Shown piece after piece: positions 1 to 7,889 of a stretch of 62,405 nucleotides of DNA. Position 1 is the first letter of the stretch. Each line of letters starts with the position of its first letter. Source of the DNA: a virus (Duplodnaviria; Caudoviricetes); the IMG/VR virus record IMGVR_UViG_3300012665_000357, positions 1 to 62,405 of that record; one strand, written 5' to 3'. Both the position numbers and the translations under genes were made by a program. The notes beneath the pieces were generated by a model. The model made no database searches. It worked only from the letters and a program-made list of their open reading frames with translations, and was not told where the DNA came from.

Positions 1-36
1 AATATCAAACTACAACAAGAGTTTGCACCACGATGA
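1..36 (+). CDS. folE: C-terminal end of probable GTP cyclohydrolase I (partial)
   Basis: Frame 1 reads NIKLQQEFAPR-TGA, resembling phage FolE C-termini; QueE lies 2.2 kb downstream. Only 11 codons are visible. Confidence 0.55.
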   Translation, partial: NIKLQQEFAPR

Positions 37-146
37 AATACATTACCAACAAGTTCGACAGCGTTCGCTTGCCAGTTGAAGAGGGCTTGTTAGAGTGGTT
101 GCAGGCAAAATACCCTGCATCAAAATACTTTATTAAGGAGACCTAA
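33..146 (+). CDS. small hypothetical protein (37 aa)
   Basis: MKYITNKFDSVRLPVEEGLLEWLQAKYPASKYFIKET; ATGA overlap with the upstream stop and ends 1 nt before the next ATG; below the ORF-track cutoff. Confidence 0.65.
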   Translation: MKYITNKFDSVRLPVEEGLLEWLQAKYPASKYFIKET

Positions 147-147
147 A

Positions 148-561
148 ATGGCAACTTGGATACTTAAAACACTACATAAGAAAAATGCTGTTGAAAAACA
201 GTTCTGGTATAAAGACGGCAAAATTATTATTCGAGAAGAAGGATATCGTTGGGGTGAGTTTTATTGCGAAAGCGATGAACAACCAGAAATTGATTTAAAC
301 AATGCCGACGGTTATAATCTAAGCGAAAGCGACTACGATTGGGAACTAACAAGTCTCGATGATGGCTGTTGGTCCGATTGGACGTTTCCAGAAGATATAA
401 CAGAAGAAGAACAAGCAGAGATTGAGGCAGCTTGGGAAGAAGAATACTTTGAAGGTATGGAAGAATTAGGCTGGCGCCAGGATGATACAGAGTACATCTT
501 ACAAGGCCCGTTAGAGTTGTCAGACGAAGATGGTACCGTAATAGCACAAGGTGAAGAATAA
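148..561 (+). CDS. acidic hypothetical protein, paralog of 731..1219
   Basis: AAGGAG SD upstream; very D/E- and W-rich; shares YRWG and DEDGTVI motifs with 731..1219. Confidence 0.85.
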   Translation: MATWILKTLHKKNAVEKQFWYKDGKIIIREEGYRWGEFYCESDEQPEIDLNNADGYNLSESDYDWELTSLDDGCWSDWTFPEDITEEEQAEIEAAWEEEYFEGMEELGWRQDDTEYILQGPLELSDEDGTVIAQGEE

Positions 562-734
562 TGGATAAGTTTTTTGAATGGTTTGGTCGTAACCGTAAAA
601 CGATTGGCTATGTAGTTGGCGGTGCTAATCTAGGTTCAGGCATTGTGCAAATTGCTAGTGGAAGTTTTTGGCCTGGCATAGTATGGTTAATCTTAGGTGC
701 GTCAATTATATTAGACACAAGGATGTTCAAATGA
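561..734 (+). CDS. small membrane protein (57 aa)
   Basis: MDKFFEWFGRNRKTIGYVVGGANLGSGIVQIASGSFWPGIVWLILGASIILDTRMFK; TAATG and ATGA overlaps at its ends; two hydrophobic segments; missed by the ORF track. Confidence 0.7.
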   Translation: MDKFFEWFGRNRKTIGYVVGGANLGSGIVQIASGSFWPGIVWLILGASIILDTRMFK

Positions 735-1219
735 GTGTATATCTTATTAAACCTTTGGAAAAGAAAAGCATTGTCTATCATGTAGAAATGTATCGTAAGA
801 ACCCTGATGACAGCATCAGTTGGTTTAACATCGACGAAACCTATCGTTGGGGACAAGGATTCGTCGAAGGCGACTTAGATTGCAACCTTCCTTGGGAAGG
901 TGATACAGTCGCCTATGCTCGAACTGATTGTGGTTGGGGCTGCGAGTTTGATGACAGCGTCAGCGTTGAATGGGAGTTTAGCGATGACATTTCTGAACTT
1001 GAACAACAAGAACTCAAAGAACTCTACTATGAAGGCGGTGCAGGTTGGTTGTTTGACGGCGAGCATGATTGGGCAGAAGAAGATACCGCAGTACATATCA
1101 TTGCCCCATATCAAATTGATCTGTGTGACGAAGATGGCACAGTCATTGAAGAAAATGTTAAACTAAAATCTCGACCAGATCCAAGCAATACTTGGCCGTT
1201 CGGTAATTCAGATAAATGA
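731..1219 (+). CDS. acidic hypothetical protein, paralog of 148..561
   Basis: Start revised from 668 to ATG 731 (ATGA overlap; MSVYLIKPLEKKS aligns with MATWILKTLHKKN). Confidence 0.85.
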   Translation: MSVYLIKPLEKKSIVYHVEMYRKNPDDSISWFNIDETYRWGQGFVEGDLDCNLPWEGDTVAYARTDCGWGCEFDDSVSVEWEFSDDISELEQQELKELYYEGGAGWLFDGEHDWAEEDTAVHIIAPYQIDLCDEDGTVIEENVKLKSRPDPSNTWPFGNSDK

Positions 1220-1770
1220 AAGAAATAACAACTGCATCAAATAAAAAAATCTATATATACGACGATCTTTTTACATTTGCACAACGGAGTTTCTTTTATT
1301 CCTACTGTAGAAATTTGTCATTTAGATTAGGCGGTATAGATACTCCGCAAATCGAACACCAAAGTGATATAACTCTAATCTCACCATTAACTGAACACGA
1401 CGTTAGTCAATTAAAATTTTTTACATTGTTGCCTAAAGATGATATTATAACAGATATACTAGACAACTATAAAATAATTAATTATATGGTAAATTTGTCA
1501 ACACCAAGTGACAATTATCATGTACACGATGACTGCGGTGTAAAAGACGGTTTTACATTATTATATTATGTTAACATAGATTGGCGATTAGAATGGGCAG
1601 GCGAGACAGTCTTTTTAAATGACTTAGCAACTGATATAGAATATGTCAGCCCATATAAGCCCGGAAGAGTTATCCTGTTTAACGGATCTATACCGCACAT
1701 GATTAGAACTACAACACACAAATCAAATAATCTTAGATTTACATTTGCAGCTCGATTTGAAAGGAAATAA
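1216..1770 (+). CDS. 2OG-Fe(II) oxygenase
   Basis: HxD (HVHDD), W-x-G-E-T-x-F, PGRVILFNGSIPH distal His, distal Arg in RFTFA. Confidence 0.85.
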   Translation: MKEITTASNKKIYIYDDLFTFAQRSFFYSYCRNLSFRLGGIDTPQIEHQSDITLISPLTEHDVSQLKFFTLLPKDDIITDILDNYKIINYMVNLSTPSDNYHVHDDCGVKDGFTLLYYVNIDWRLEWAGETVFLNDLATDIEYVSPYKPGRVILFNGSIPHMIRTTTHKSNNLRFTFAARFERK

Positions 1771-1771
1771 T

Positions 1772-1987
1772 ATGAATTCAGTAGACATGGCAAATAATCT
1801 AATCTTTAGAGCAAAGAACTTAACTGAATTCACTGTTACTACTGAAGTACCAGATAAATTCCGTTTTAATGGTGAGATTCCATTTGACCTGCAGATTAAA
1901 GATAGTATAATAACAGCTAAGGTGTGGGCTGTAGACTTCGATGAGGCTGCAAAAAGATTAGATGATTTTTTAGGAACATGTAAATGA
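1772..1987 (+). CDS. hypothetical protein
   Basis: ATG 1772 after AAGGA SD; coupled to the next gene. Confidence 0.75.
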   Translation: MNSVDMANNLIFRAKNLTEFTVTTEVPDKFRFNGEIPFDLQIKDSIITAKVWAVDFDEAAKRLDDFLGTCK

Positions 1988-2280
1988 AATGGTTAAAGAA
2001 AGCATTATGGCGTTGGACTTACCAAGGTCGTGAGTTAGATGAAGAAACTGCCAAAACTTCTAGCGGTAGATTAATTAGTAGGGATGAAGAGGCAGTATGT
2101 AATGATGACCCTGTACTAAACTTTAAAGTCTACTCAGCAGTAGGTGGCAAGGTTGTAGAGTTTAGACGATATGATCGCAAGAGTGATCGCAATGACTCAA
2201 CAACTTACATTATTACTAATGATCAAGACTTTGGTGATCGCATTGCTAAGATTGCAACTATGGAAAAATTAAAATTATGA
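1984..2280 (+). CDS. hypothetical protein
   Basis: ATGA overlaps at both ends. Confidence 0.8.
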   Translation: MKWLKKALWRWTYQGRELDEETAKTSSGRLISRDEEAVCNDDPVLNFKVYSAVGGKVVEFRRYDRKSDRNDSTTYIITNDQDFGDRIAKIATMEKLKL

Positions 2281-3131
2281 GTAAAATTAAAATTGCAGAG
2301 CTGTTCTACAGCATACAAGGTGAAGGACGCTATATGGGTGTCCCAAGTGTGTTCCTTAGAACTTTCGGATGTAACTTTAAATGTGCAGGATTTGGTATGC
2401 CGCGTGGAGAAGTCAGTCACGAAGCAACAGACATTGCGGCCACACATACAATGATTACGCCGTTTGCAAAGTATGAAGACTTGCCATTAGTCAGCACAGG
2501 CTGTGACAGCTATGCTAGCTGGCATCCTGATTTTAAAGAGTTGTCGCCTATGCTTACAAGCGAAGCAATTACAGATCGTATTATGGAAATTCTTCCGCAG
2601 GATCATTGGAAGGACGAACATCTAGTTATTACAGGTGGAGAACCGTTGCTAGGTTGGCAACGTGCTTATCCAGACTTGATCAATAACACTAAGATGCGTG
2701 ACTTAAAAGAAATCACATTTGAAACAAATGGTACTCAGAAGCTTACACCGGAGTTTAAAGAATACTTGAGAAGATGGAATAGTGTAGTGGGCAGAGAACT
2801 TACATTTTCAGTAAGTGCTAAACTTCCGGCAAGTGGAGAGAAGTGGGAGGAAGCTATTTGTCCAGACGTAGTTTGCGAATACGAACAAGTTGGCACAGCA
2901 TACTTAAAGTTTGTCGTTGCAACAGAACAAGATATTGCAGATGCAGAATGTGCTGTAGGTGCGTTTCGTTCTGCAGGATTTAAAGGCCATGTATATCTAA
3001 TGCCAGTAGGCGGTGTAGAAAGTGTTTACATACTTAACGCAAAGAACGTAGCACTGGCGGCTATGAAGCGTGGATGGCGTTATAGTGACAGACTACAAGT
3101 GCCGTTGTTTAAAAATGAGTGGGGGACTTAA
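2277..3131 (+). CDS. queE: 7-carboxy-7-deazaguanine synthase QueE-like radical SAM protein
   Basis: ELFYSIQGEG..GVPSVFLRTFGCNFKC...GCDS, ITGGEPLL, FETNGT, YLMP, RLQV motifs typical of QueE. Confidence 0.88.
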   Translation: MSKIKIAELFYSIQGEGRYMGVPSVFLRTFGCNFKCAGFGMPRGEVSHEATDIAATHTMITPFAKYEDLPLVSTGCDSYASWHPDFKELSPMLTSEAITDRIMEILPQDHWKDEHLVITGGEPLLGWQRAYPDLINNTKMRDLKEITFETNGTQKLTPEFKEYLRRWNSVVGRELTFSVSAKLPASGEKWEEAICPDVVCEYEQVGTAYLKFVVATEQDIADAECAVGAFRSAGFKGHVYLMPVGGVESVYILNAKNVALAAMKRGWRYSDRLQVPLFKNEWGT

Positions 3132-3700
3132 TGCAATCGTGGCCTTTTAAATTAGATACCGCAATAAGCAGTTATGCTTACCGGAATAATGCATTTACAC
3201 CATTTGAGTGTCAACGTATTATCGACATTGGCAATAAAAAAGAACTTATTCCTGGTGTAATATTTGGCAGCTATCAGGATTATAGAAAAAGCGAAATAAG
3301 TTGGTTGTTCCCTAACGATGACTTAAAATGGGCATTTAAAAAAATAGAAAAAATTGTAACAGAACTTAATCAAAATTATTTTCAATTTGATCTATTTGGT
3401 ATGATTGAAGGATTTCAATTTACAAAATATTCAGCGCCGTCGGATTCTTTTAAACGACACATAGATGCTAAAGAAGGTATTAATGTTAGAAAATTGTCTG
3501 TGTCTGTACAATTATCAAATCCTAAAGATTATGTAGGAGGAGATTTGAATTTGTGGTCTTCAGATACGCCAATAACTGCAAATAAAGAACAAGGTTGTCT
3601 TATAGTGTTTCCTAGTTATATGTTACACGAAGTAACTCCTATAACTGAAGGTACTAGATATAGTTTAGTATCGTGGGTTACCGGATTACCATTTAAATGA
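3131..3700 (+). CDS. 2OG-Fe(II) oxygenase (PKHD/prolyl-hydroxylase-like)
   Basis: HID, RKLSVSVQLS..DYVGGDL, FPSYMLHEVTPITEGTRYSLVSW; ATG 3131 overlaps the queE stop. Confidence 0.9.
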   Translation: MQSWPFKLDTAISSYAYRNNAFTPFECQRIIDIGNKKELIPGVIFGSYQDYRKSEISWLFPNDDLKWAFKKIEKIVTELNQNYFQFDLFGMIEGFQFTKYSAPSDSFKRHIDAKEGINVRKLSVSVQLSNPKDYVGGDLNLWSSDTPITANKEQGCLIVFPSYMLHEVTPITEGTRYSLVSWVTGLPFK

Positions 3701-3713
3701 TTAAGGAAAAATT

Positions 3714-4166
3714 ATGATAACAGACTTTTTTAAAAAGATTACAGGTATTCAAGCAATTGAAAATGCCAAAATAAAAGCACGATCTGAAGCAGAGGCATTA
3801 CAAGCGGCAAGAGATAAAGCAATGGCAGAAACAGTTAAAGCACAAGAAGCAGAAGCACAGGCTAAGATGACGCCAAAAGAACGTGCCACAGCCAAAGGCG
3901 AACCATGGATTAGTGTATTAGATACTCATGTCAATAAAGATAATATTCGTAATGGCTTTTTTGAGCTTGACTGGAATGATCTATTTGTGTTACAATTGAA
4001 ACAAGCCGGATATGGATTTGATGGTGACCCGGACGAAGAGATTGTAGATCGTTGGTTCCGCGACATTGTCAGAAACATGCTAGGTGAAGAAGGACTGGAC
4101 CCTAGTAGAGGTGCTGGTTACATTAACGTAGTTCCAATTGCTAAAGGCAAATCAGAAGTTTCATGA
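3714..4166 (+). CDS. hypothetical protein
   Basis: AAGGA SD; N-terminal Ala/Lys coiled coil; coupled to rnh. Confidence 0.8.
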   Translation: MITDFFKKITGIQAIENAKIKARSEAEALQAARDKAMAETVKAQEAEAQAKMTPKERATAKGEPWISVLDTHVNKDNIRNGFFELDWNDLFVLQLKQAGYGFDGDPDEEIVDRWFRDIVRNMLGEEGLDPSRGAGYINVVPIAKGKSEVS

Positions 4167-5149
4167 CATATATTTTAGTTGATACTGCTAATACATTTTT
4201 CCGTGCTAGACACGTTGTTCGCGGTGACGCTGACATCAAGCTAGGCATGGCCCTTCACATTACTTTTAACAGTATTAAAAAAGCGTGGAATGATTTTGGC
4301 GGTACTCACGTGGTATTCTGTTTAGAAGGTAGATCGTGGCGCAAGGACTTTTACAAGCCTTATAAAGCTAATCGTGCAGAAACTCGTGCGGCTATGACTG
4401 TTAAGGAACAAGAAGAAGATAAACTCTTTTGGGAAACGTTTGATGCGTTTAAAGAGTTTGTTGAAACGAAGACTAACTGTACAGTATTGCAACATAAACA
4501 GTTAGAAGCTGATGATTTAATTGCTGGCTTTATTCAGATGCATCCTAATGACGATCATGTGATCATCTCGACAGACAGCGACTTCCATCAGCTGATTGCT
4601 CCCAATGTTAAACAATATAATGGTGTAGCAGATACACTTACTACTATCGAAGGTATCTTTGATAAGAAAGGTAAAAGTGTAATTGATAAGAAAACTAAAG
4701 AAGCTGTGGCAGCACCCAATCCACAATGGATCTTATTTGAGAAATGTATGCGTGGTGACAGTAGCGATAATGTCTTTAGTGCTTATCCGGGTGTTCGTAC
4801 TAAAGGTACAAAGAACAAAGTTGGCCTAACAGAAGCCTACGAAGATAAAGGCAAAAAAGGCTGGGCGTGGAATAACATCATGCTTCAGCGTTGGACCGAC
4901 CACGAAGGCGTCGAGCACAGAGTGTTAGACGATTATAATCGCAATGTTACTCTAGTAGATCTTACTGCACAGCCTGAAGATATTAGACAAATGATTACAA
5001 CAACTATAACAGAGAAAATTCAAGAGCCTAAGAATATTAGTCAAGTAGGAATTCGATTATTAAAGTTTTGTCAGCTATATGACATGAAAAAAATCATGGA
5101 CACTATACAAACTTATGCTGATCCATTTCAAGCAAGGTATGTAAAATGA
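4163..5149 (+). CDS. rnh: T4-type RNase H / 5'-3' exonuclease (FEN family)
   Basis: ILVD, SWRK..YKANR, LEADD, ISTDSDF.QL, GDSSDNV..PGV. Confidence 0.9.
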   Translation: MTYILVDTANTFFRARHVVRGDADIKLGMALHITFNSIKKAWNDFGGTHVVFCLEGRSWRKDFYKPYKANRAETRAAMTVKEQEEDKLFWETFDAFKEFVETKTNCTVLQHKQLEADDLIAGFIQMHPNDDHVIISTDSDFHQLIAPNVKQYNGVADTLTTIEGIFDKKGKSVIDKKTKEAVAAPNPQWILFEKCMRGDSSDNVFSAYPGVRTKGTKNKVGLTEAYEDKGKKGWAWNNIMLQRWTDHEGVEHRVLDDYNRNVTLVDLTAQPEDIRQMITTTITEKIQEPKNISQVGIRLLKFCQLYDMKKIMDTIQTYADPFQARYVK

Positions 5150-5685
5150 AAGTATGTCAATTTGATGATACCTGTCCTAATAAGACAGACAACTGTATGG
5201 AGATAGAAATGAATTTAAAAGCTAAACCTATTGTAGATGGTAAATTTTGGATTGTAGAAAATGCTGGAGAAAAAGTTGGTATTCTACATAAAAAAGAAAA
5301 TAACAAGTTTATGTTAAGCTCAAAAGACGGTGAACGTTATTTTACTAAAAAAGACGAACTTACAAAAGTATTCGGTAAAGATTTCTTTACATCAAAAATT
5401 AGTACAACTATTAGTAGTCAAGAAGTAAGAGAAGTATACGGTTATCCTGCACAATGTTATCCTTATAATCCAATTTTTGACGTAAAGAAAAAATTACCGC
5501 TGTTTACAAAATCAGGAGCGAGTAAAAGTCTTTACTGTGCAGGCTACTATGTAATTAAATTTGATAAAGGCTGGGTCAAGAGTTTTTGTCCTAAATTGAT
5601 TACCGTAGAAAGATACCCCACAAAGGGTCCGTTTAAAAGCGAACTTGAAATGAAACAGGTAATGTCAAATGTCAAATCCGATTAA
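5146..5685 (+). CDS. hypothetical protein
   Basis: ATGA-coupled ORF; alternative start at 5209 with GGAG SD. Confidence 0.8.
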   Translation: MKVCQFDDTCPNKTDNCMEIEMNLKAKPIVDGKFWIVENAGEKVGILHKKENNKFMLSSKDGERYFTKKDELTKVFGKDFFTSKISTTISSQEVREVYGYPAQCYPYNPIFDVKKKLPLFTKSGASKSLYCAGYYVIKFDKGWVKSFCPKLITVERYPTKGPFKSELEMKQVMSNVKSD

Positions 5686-5911
5686 TACAATACCAATACA
5701 ACAATTTATACAGCAAGTAAAGTCTGCCGATCTAGCACAACAACGAGAAATTAAGCTAGATATTAAAACTGCTAAATTACTAGCGTATTGTCTAGGAGAA
5801 ATTAACGCTAAACTCTTAGAAGATTACGATACGTTGTTAAAAAAATTACAGTCTAATTCAGGCGCTAGTGTTACTGTACAAATGGATGGTGGTGGATTTT
5901 CTACTAATTAA
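5669..5911 (+). CDS. hypothetical protein
   Basis: 80-aa ORF tiling the operon. Confidence 0.75.
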   Translation: MSNPINTIPIQQFIQQVKSADLAQQREIKLDIKTAKLLAYCLGEINAKLLEDYDTLLKKLQSNSGASVTVQMDGGGFSTN

Positions 5912-5913
5912 TT

Positions 5914-5948
5914 GATAAATATATGCGTACATAATAGGACGCATATAT
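5914..5948 (+). promoter_or_regulatory. putative late promoter (GATAAATA) with RBS/start-sequestering hairpin
   Basis: GATAAATA 5914-5921; perfect 10-bp stem ATATATGCGT (5919-5928)/ACGCATATAT (5939-5948) enclosing the SD and covering the AT of the start codon. Confidence 0.7.
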
Positions 5949-6231
5949 GTCAAGACCAAAGCCAAAAGTTCTGTTAGACTATGTTAACAAAAAGAACTAT
6001 AAAAGCGAACAGATTTTAGAAGCTGAAGCGATATGGGCTGTTTTCTATAAGAACGAGCCTTTTAATTTAAAATCCGCTAGTAGCATCACTAATTATCCAG
6101 GACCTAAATATAAGAAAGTATCATTTAGTAATCCTGGTCACGCACACAATCTTGCAAAAAAACTCAATCAAATGTTTAACTGCGAAGATTTTCAAGTAGT
6201 TAAGTTAACTAGCGGTGAAATCATCAAATGA
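5947..6231 (+). CDS. hypothetical protein (basic)
   Basis: AGGA SD; 94 aa. Confidence 0.85.
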   Translation: MSRPKPKVLLDYVNKKNYKSEQILEAEAIWAVFYKNEPFNLKSASSITNYPGPKYKKVSFSNPGHAHNLAKKLNQMFNCEDFQVVKLTSGEIIK

Positions 6232-6635
6232 TATCAAAAGAGACTTTTACTAAAATCTTTTTGCAACAAAAAGATAAAAGTATAGATAGTGCTAATATCA
6301 AGCATCATATGTACAAATGGTGGCAAAGTCATAGAAGCAAGGACGTAGGGGGACTGCGTCTAAGCGAAGAAGGGTTTGATTATTTGGTAAACGAATTGGA
6401 ACTACGTAGTTACGAGGTTCCGTTTACTGAGCCAATCGATCTAAGTCCCCAAACTATTATATTTTTTGATAGGACTATGGATTTTCCATATTACCTTACA
6501 AACCAAAGTATTACTGTATTTTCGGAAAGAAAATCATTTGAGCTTTACATGTTTTCGGACGACATTCGAAAATACGGTCTAGTCAAAGCTATGAATAACC
6601 AAAATAAAGACGCTCAAACGGACGAAAACTCCTAA
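6228..6635 (+). CDS. hypothetical protein
   Basis: ATGA overlap; 135 aa. Confidence 0.8.
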   Translation: MISKETFTKIFLQQKDKSIDSANIKHHMYKWWQSHRSKDVGGLRLSEEGFDYLVNELELRSYEVPFTEPIDLSPQTIIFFDRTMDFPYYLTNQSITVFSERKSFELYMFSDDIRKYGLVKAMNNQNKDAQTDENS

Positions 6636-6643
6636 AAAAACTG

Positions 6644-6672
6644 TTGACGGGGTAGCTGTTTACCTGTATAAT
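6644..6672 (+). promoter_or_regulatory. sigma70-type promoter
   Basis: TTGACG-17 nt-TATAAT with an A-tract upstream, intergenic before the AAA ATPase. Confidence 0.85.
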
Positions 6673-6719
6673 AGATACATAGACAGCAAACATTAACCCG
6701 CTTTAACTTAGGAGTTTAT

Positions 6720-7811
6720 ATGAGCGAAATTAGTTCTCGTACAGTTGGCCCAAAAGCCGCAAAGAAATCCCTGCGTCGTGCTTTTAAAGCCAATCGCCCT
6801 TTGTTCTTATGGGGCCCTCCAGGTATTGGTAAATCCGATATTGTTAAACAAATGGGCGAAGAATTAAACGCTCATGTTATTGACATTCGCTTGTCACTAT
6901 GGGATCCTACAGATATTAAAGGTATTCCGTTTTTTAATGCCACATCTAACAAGATGGAATGGGCTCCTCCTGTAGAATTGCCCGACGAGGCTATGGCCGC
7001 TCAACATGACAAGATCATCTTGTTTATGGACGAGATGAATTCAGCGGCTCCTGCTGTACAGGCAGCGGCTTATCAGTTGGTATTGAATCGTCGTGTTGGT
7101 ACTTACAAACTTCCAGACAATGTACACATTGTTGCCGCAGGTAACCGTGAAACTGACAAGGGTGTTACTTATCGTATGCCTGCTCCGTTGGCTAATCGTT
7201 TCGTACACTTAGAAATGAAAGTTGACTGGGAAGATTATTTTGGTTGGGCTGTTGACAACAAAATCCATAAGGACGTTGTTGGCTTCTTAACCTTCTCTAA
7301 GAAAGACCTGTACGACTTTGATCCTAAATCAGCATCACGTGCCTTTGCTACACCCCGTAGCTGGTCATTTGTATCTGAGTTGTTATTTGATGATGCAGAG
7401 GATACTGACACATTGACCGATTTGATCTCGGGTGCGGTCGGTGAGGGTTTAGCTGTTAAGTTTATGGCTCACCGCAAGATTAGCTCAAAGTTGCCTGATC
7501 CTACAGACATCTTAAACGGCAAGGTTAAGAAGATGGATACTAAAGAAATCAGTGCCATGTACTCCTTGACTGTGTCATTGTGCTACGAATTGAAAGATGC
7601 TAGCGACAAAAACGACAAGAAGTTTAACGACAAGGTCAATTACTTCTTCCAATTTATGATGGATAATTTTGAAACCGAATTGGTTGTTATGGGTACTAAA
7701 CTTGCTCTTACACAATACCAATTGCCATTGGATCCAGATGAGATCAAGTGCTTTGATGACTTCCATGCCAAATATGGTAAGTACATTGCGGCGGCTACAG
7801 AAAAGCGTTAA
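6720..7811 (+). CDS. MoxR-family AAA+ ATPase
   Basis: Walker A GPPGIGKS, Walker B ILFMDE, sensor AAGN, arginine finger PLANRF, TPRSW. Confidence 0.92.
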   Translation: MSEISSRTVGPKAAKKSLRRAFKANRPLFLWGPPGIGKSDIVKQMGEELNAHVIDIRLSLWDPTDIKGIPFFNATSNKMEWAPPVELPDEAMAAQHDKIILFMDEMNSAAPAVQAAAYQLVLNRRVGTYKLPDNVHIVAAGNRETDKGVTYRMPAPLANRFVHLEMKVDWEDYFGWAVDNKIHKDVVGFLTFSKKDLYDFDPKSASRAFATPRSWSFVSELLFDDAEDTDTLTDLISGAVGEGLAVKFMAHRKISSKLPDPTDILNGKVKKMDTKEISAMYSLTVSLCYELKDASDKNDKKFNDKVNYFFQFMMDNFETELVVMGTKLALTQYQLPLDPDEIKCFDDFHAKYGKYIAAATEKR

Positions 7812-7828
7812 TTAGTAGCCAAAGTCAA

Positions 7829-7857
7829 TTGACAGGACCTACGGGTCCTGTTATAAT
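7829..7857 (+). promoter_or_regulatory. consensus sigma70 promoter whose spacer forms a hairpin
   Basis: TTGACA-17 nt-TATAAT with TGn extended -10; ACAGGACC-TACG-GGTCCTGT at 7832-7851. Confidence 0.88.
7832..7856 (+). terminator. possible terminator/processing stem with C(UACG)G tetraloop
   Basis: 8-bp perfect stem 20 nt after the ATPase stop; only a weak U-tract follows. Confidence 0.4.
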
Positions 7858-7889
7858 ATATACATACAGTAAATATTTAGGAGCAGAAA

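Noticed and set aside
668-730. N-terminal extension of ORF 668..1219
   Set aside because: It overlaps the 561..734 membrane-protein gene; paralog alignment and the ATGA overlap support a start at 731
5662-5677. Short tandem repeat ATGTCAA-ATGTCAA-AT at a gene overlap
   Set aside because: Only two copies; explainable by overlapping coding constraints, with no evidence for frameshifting
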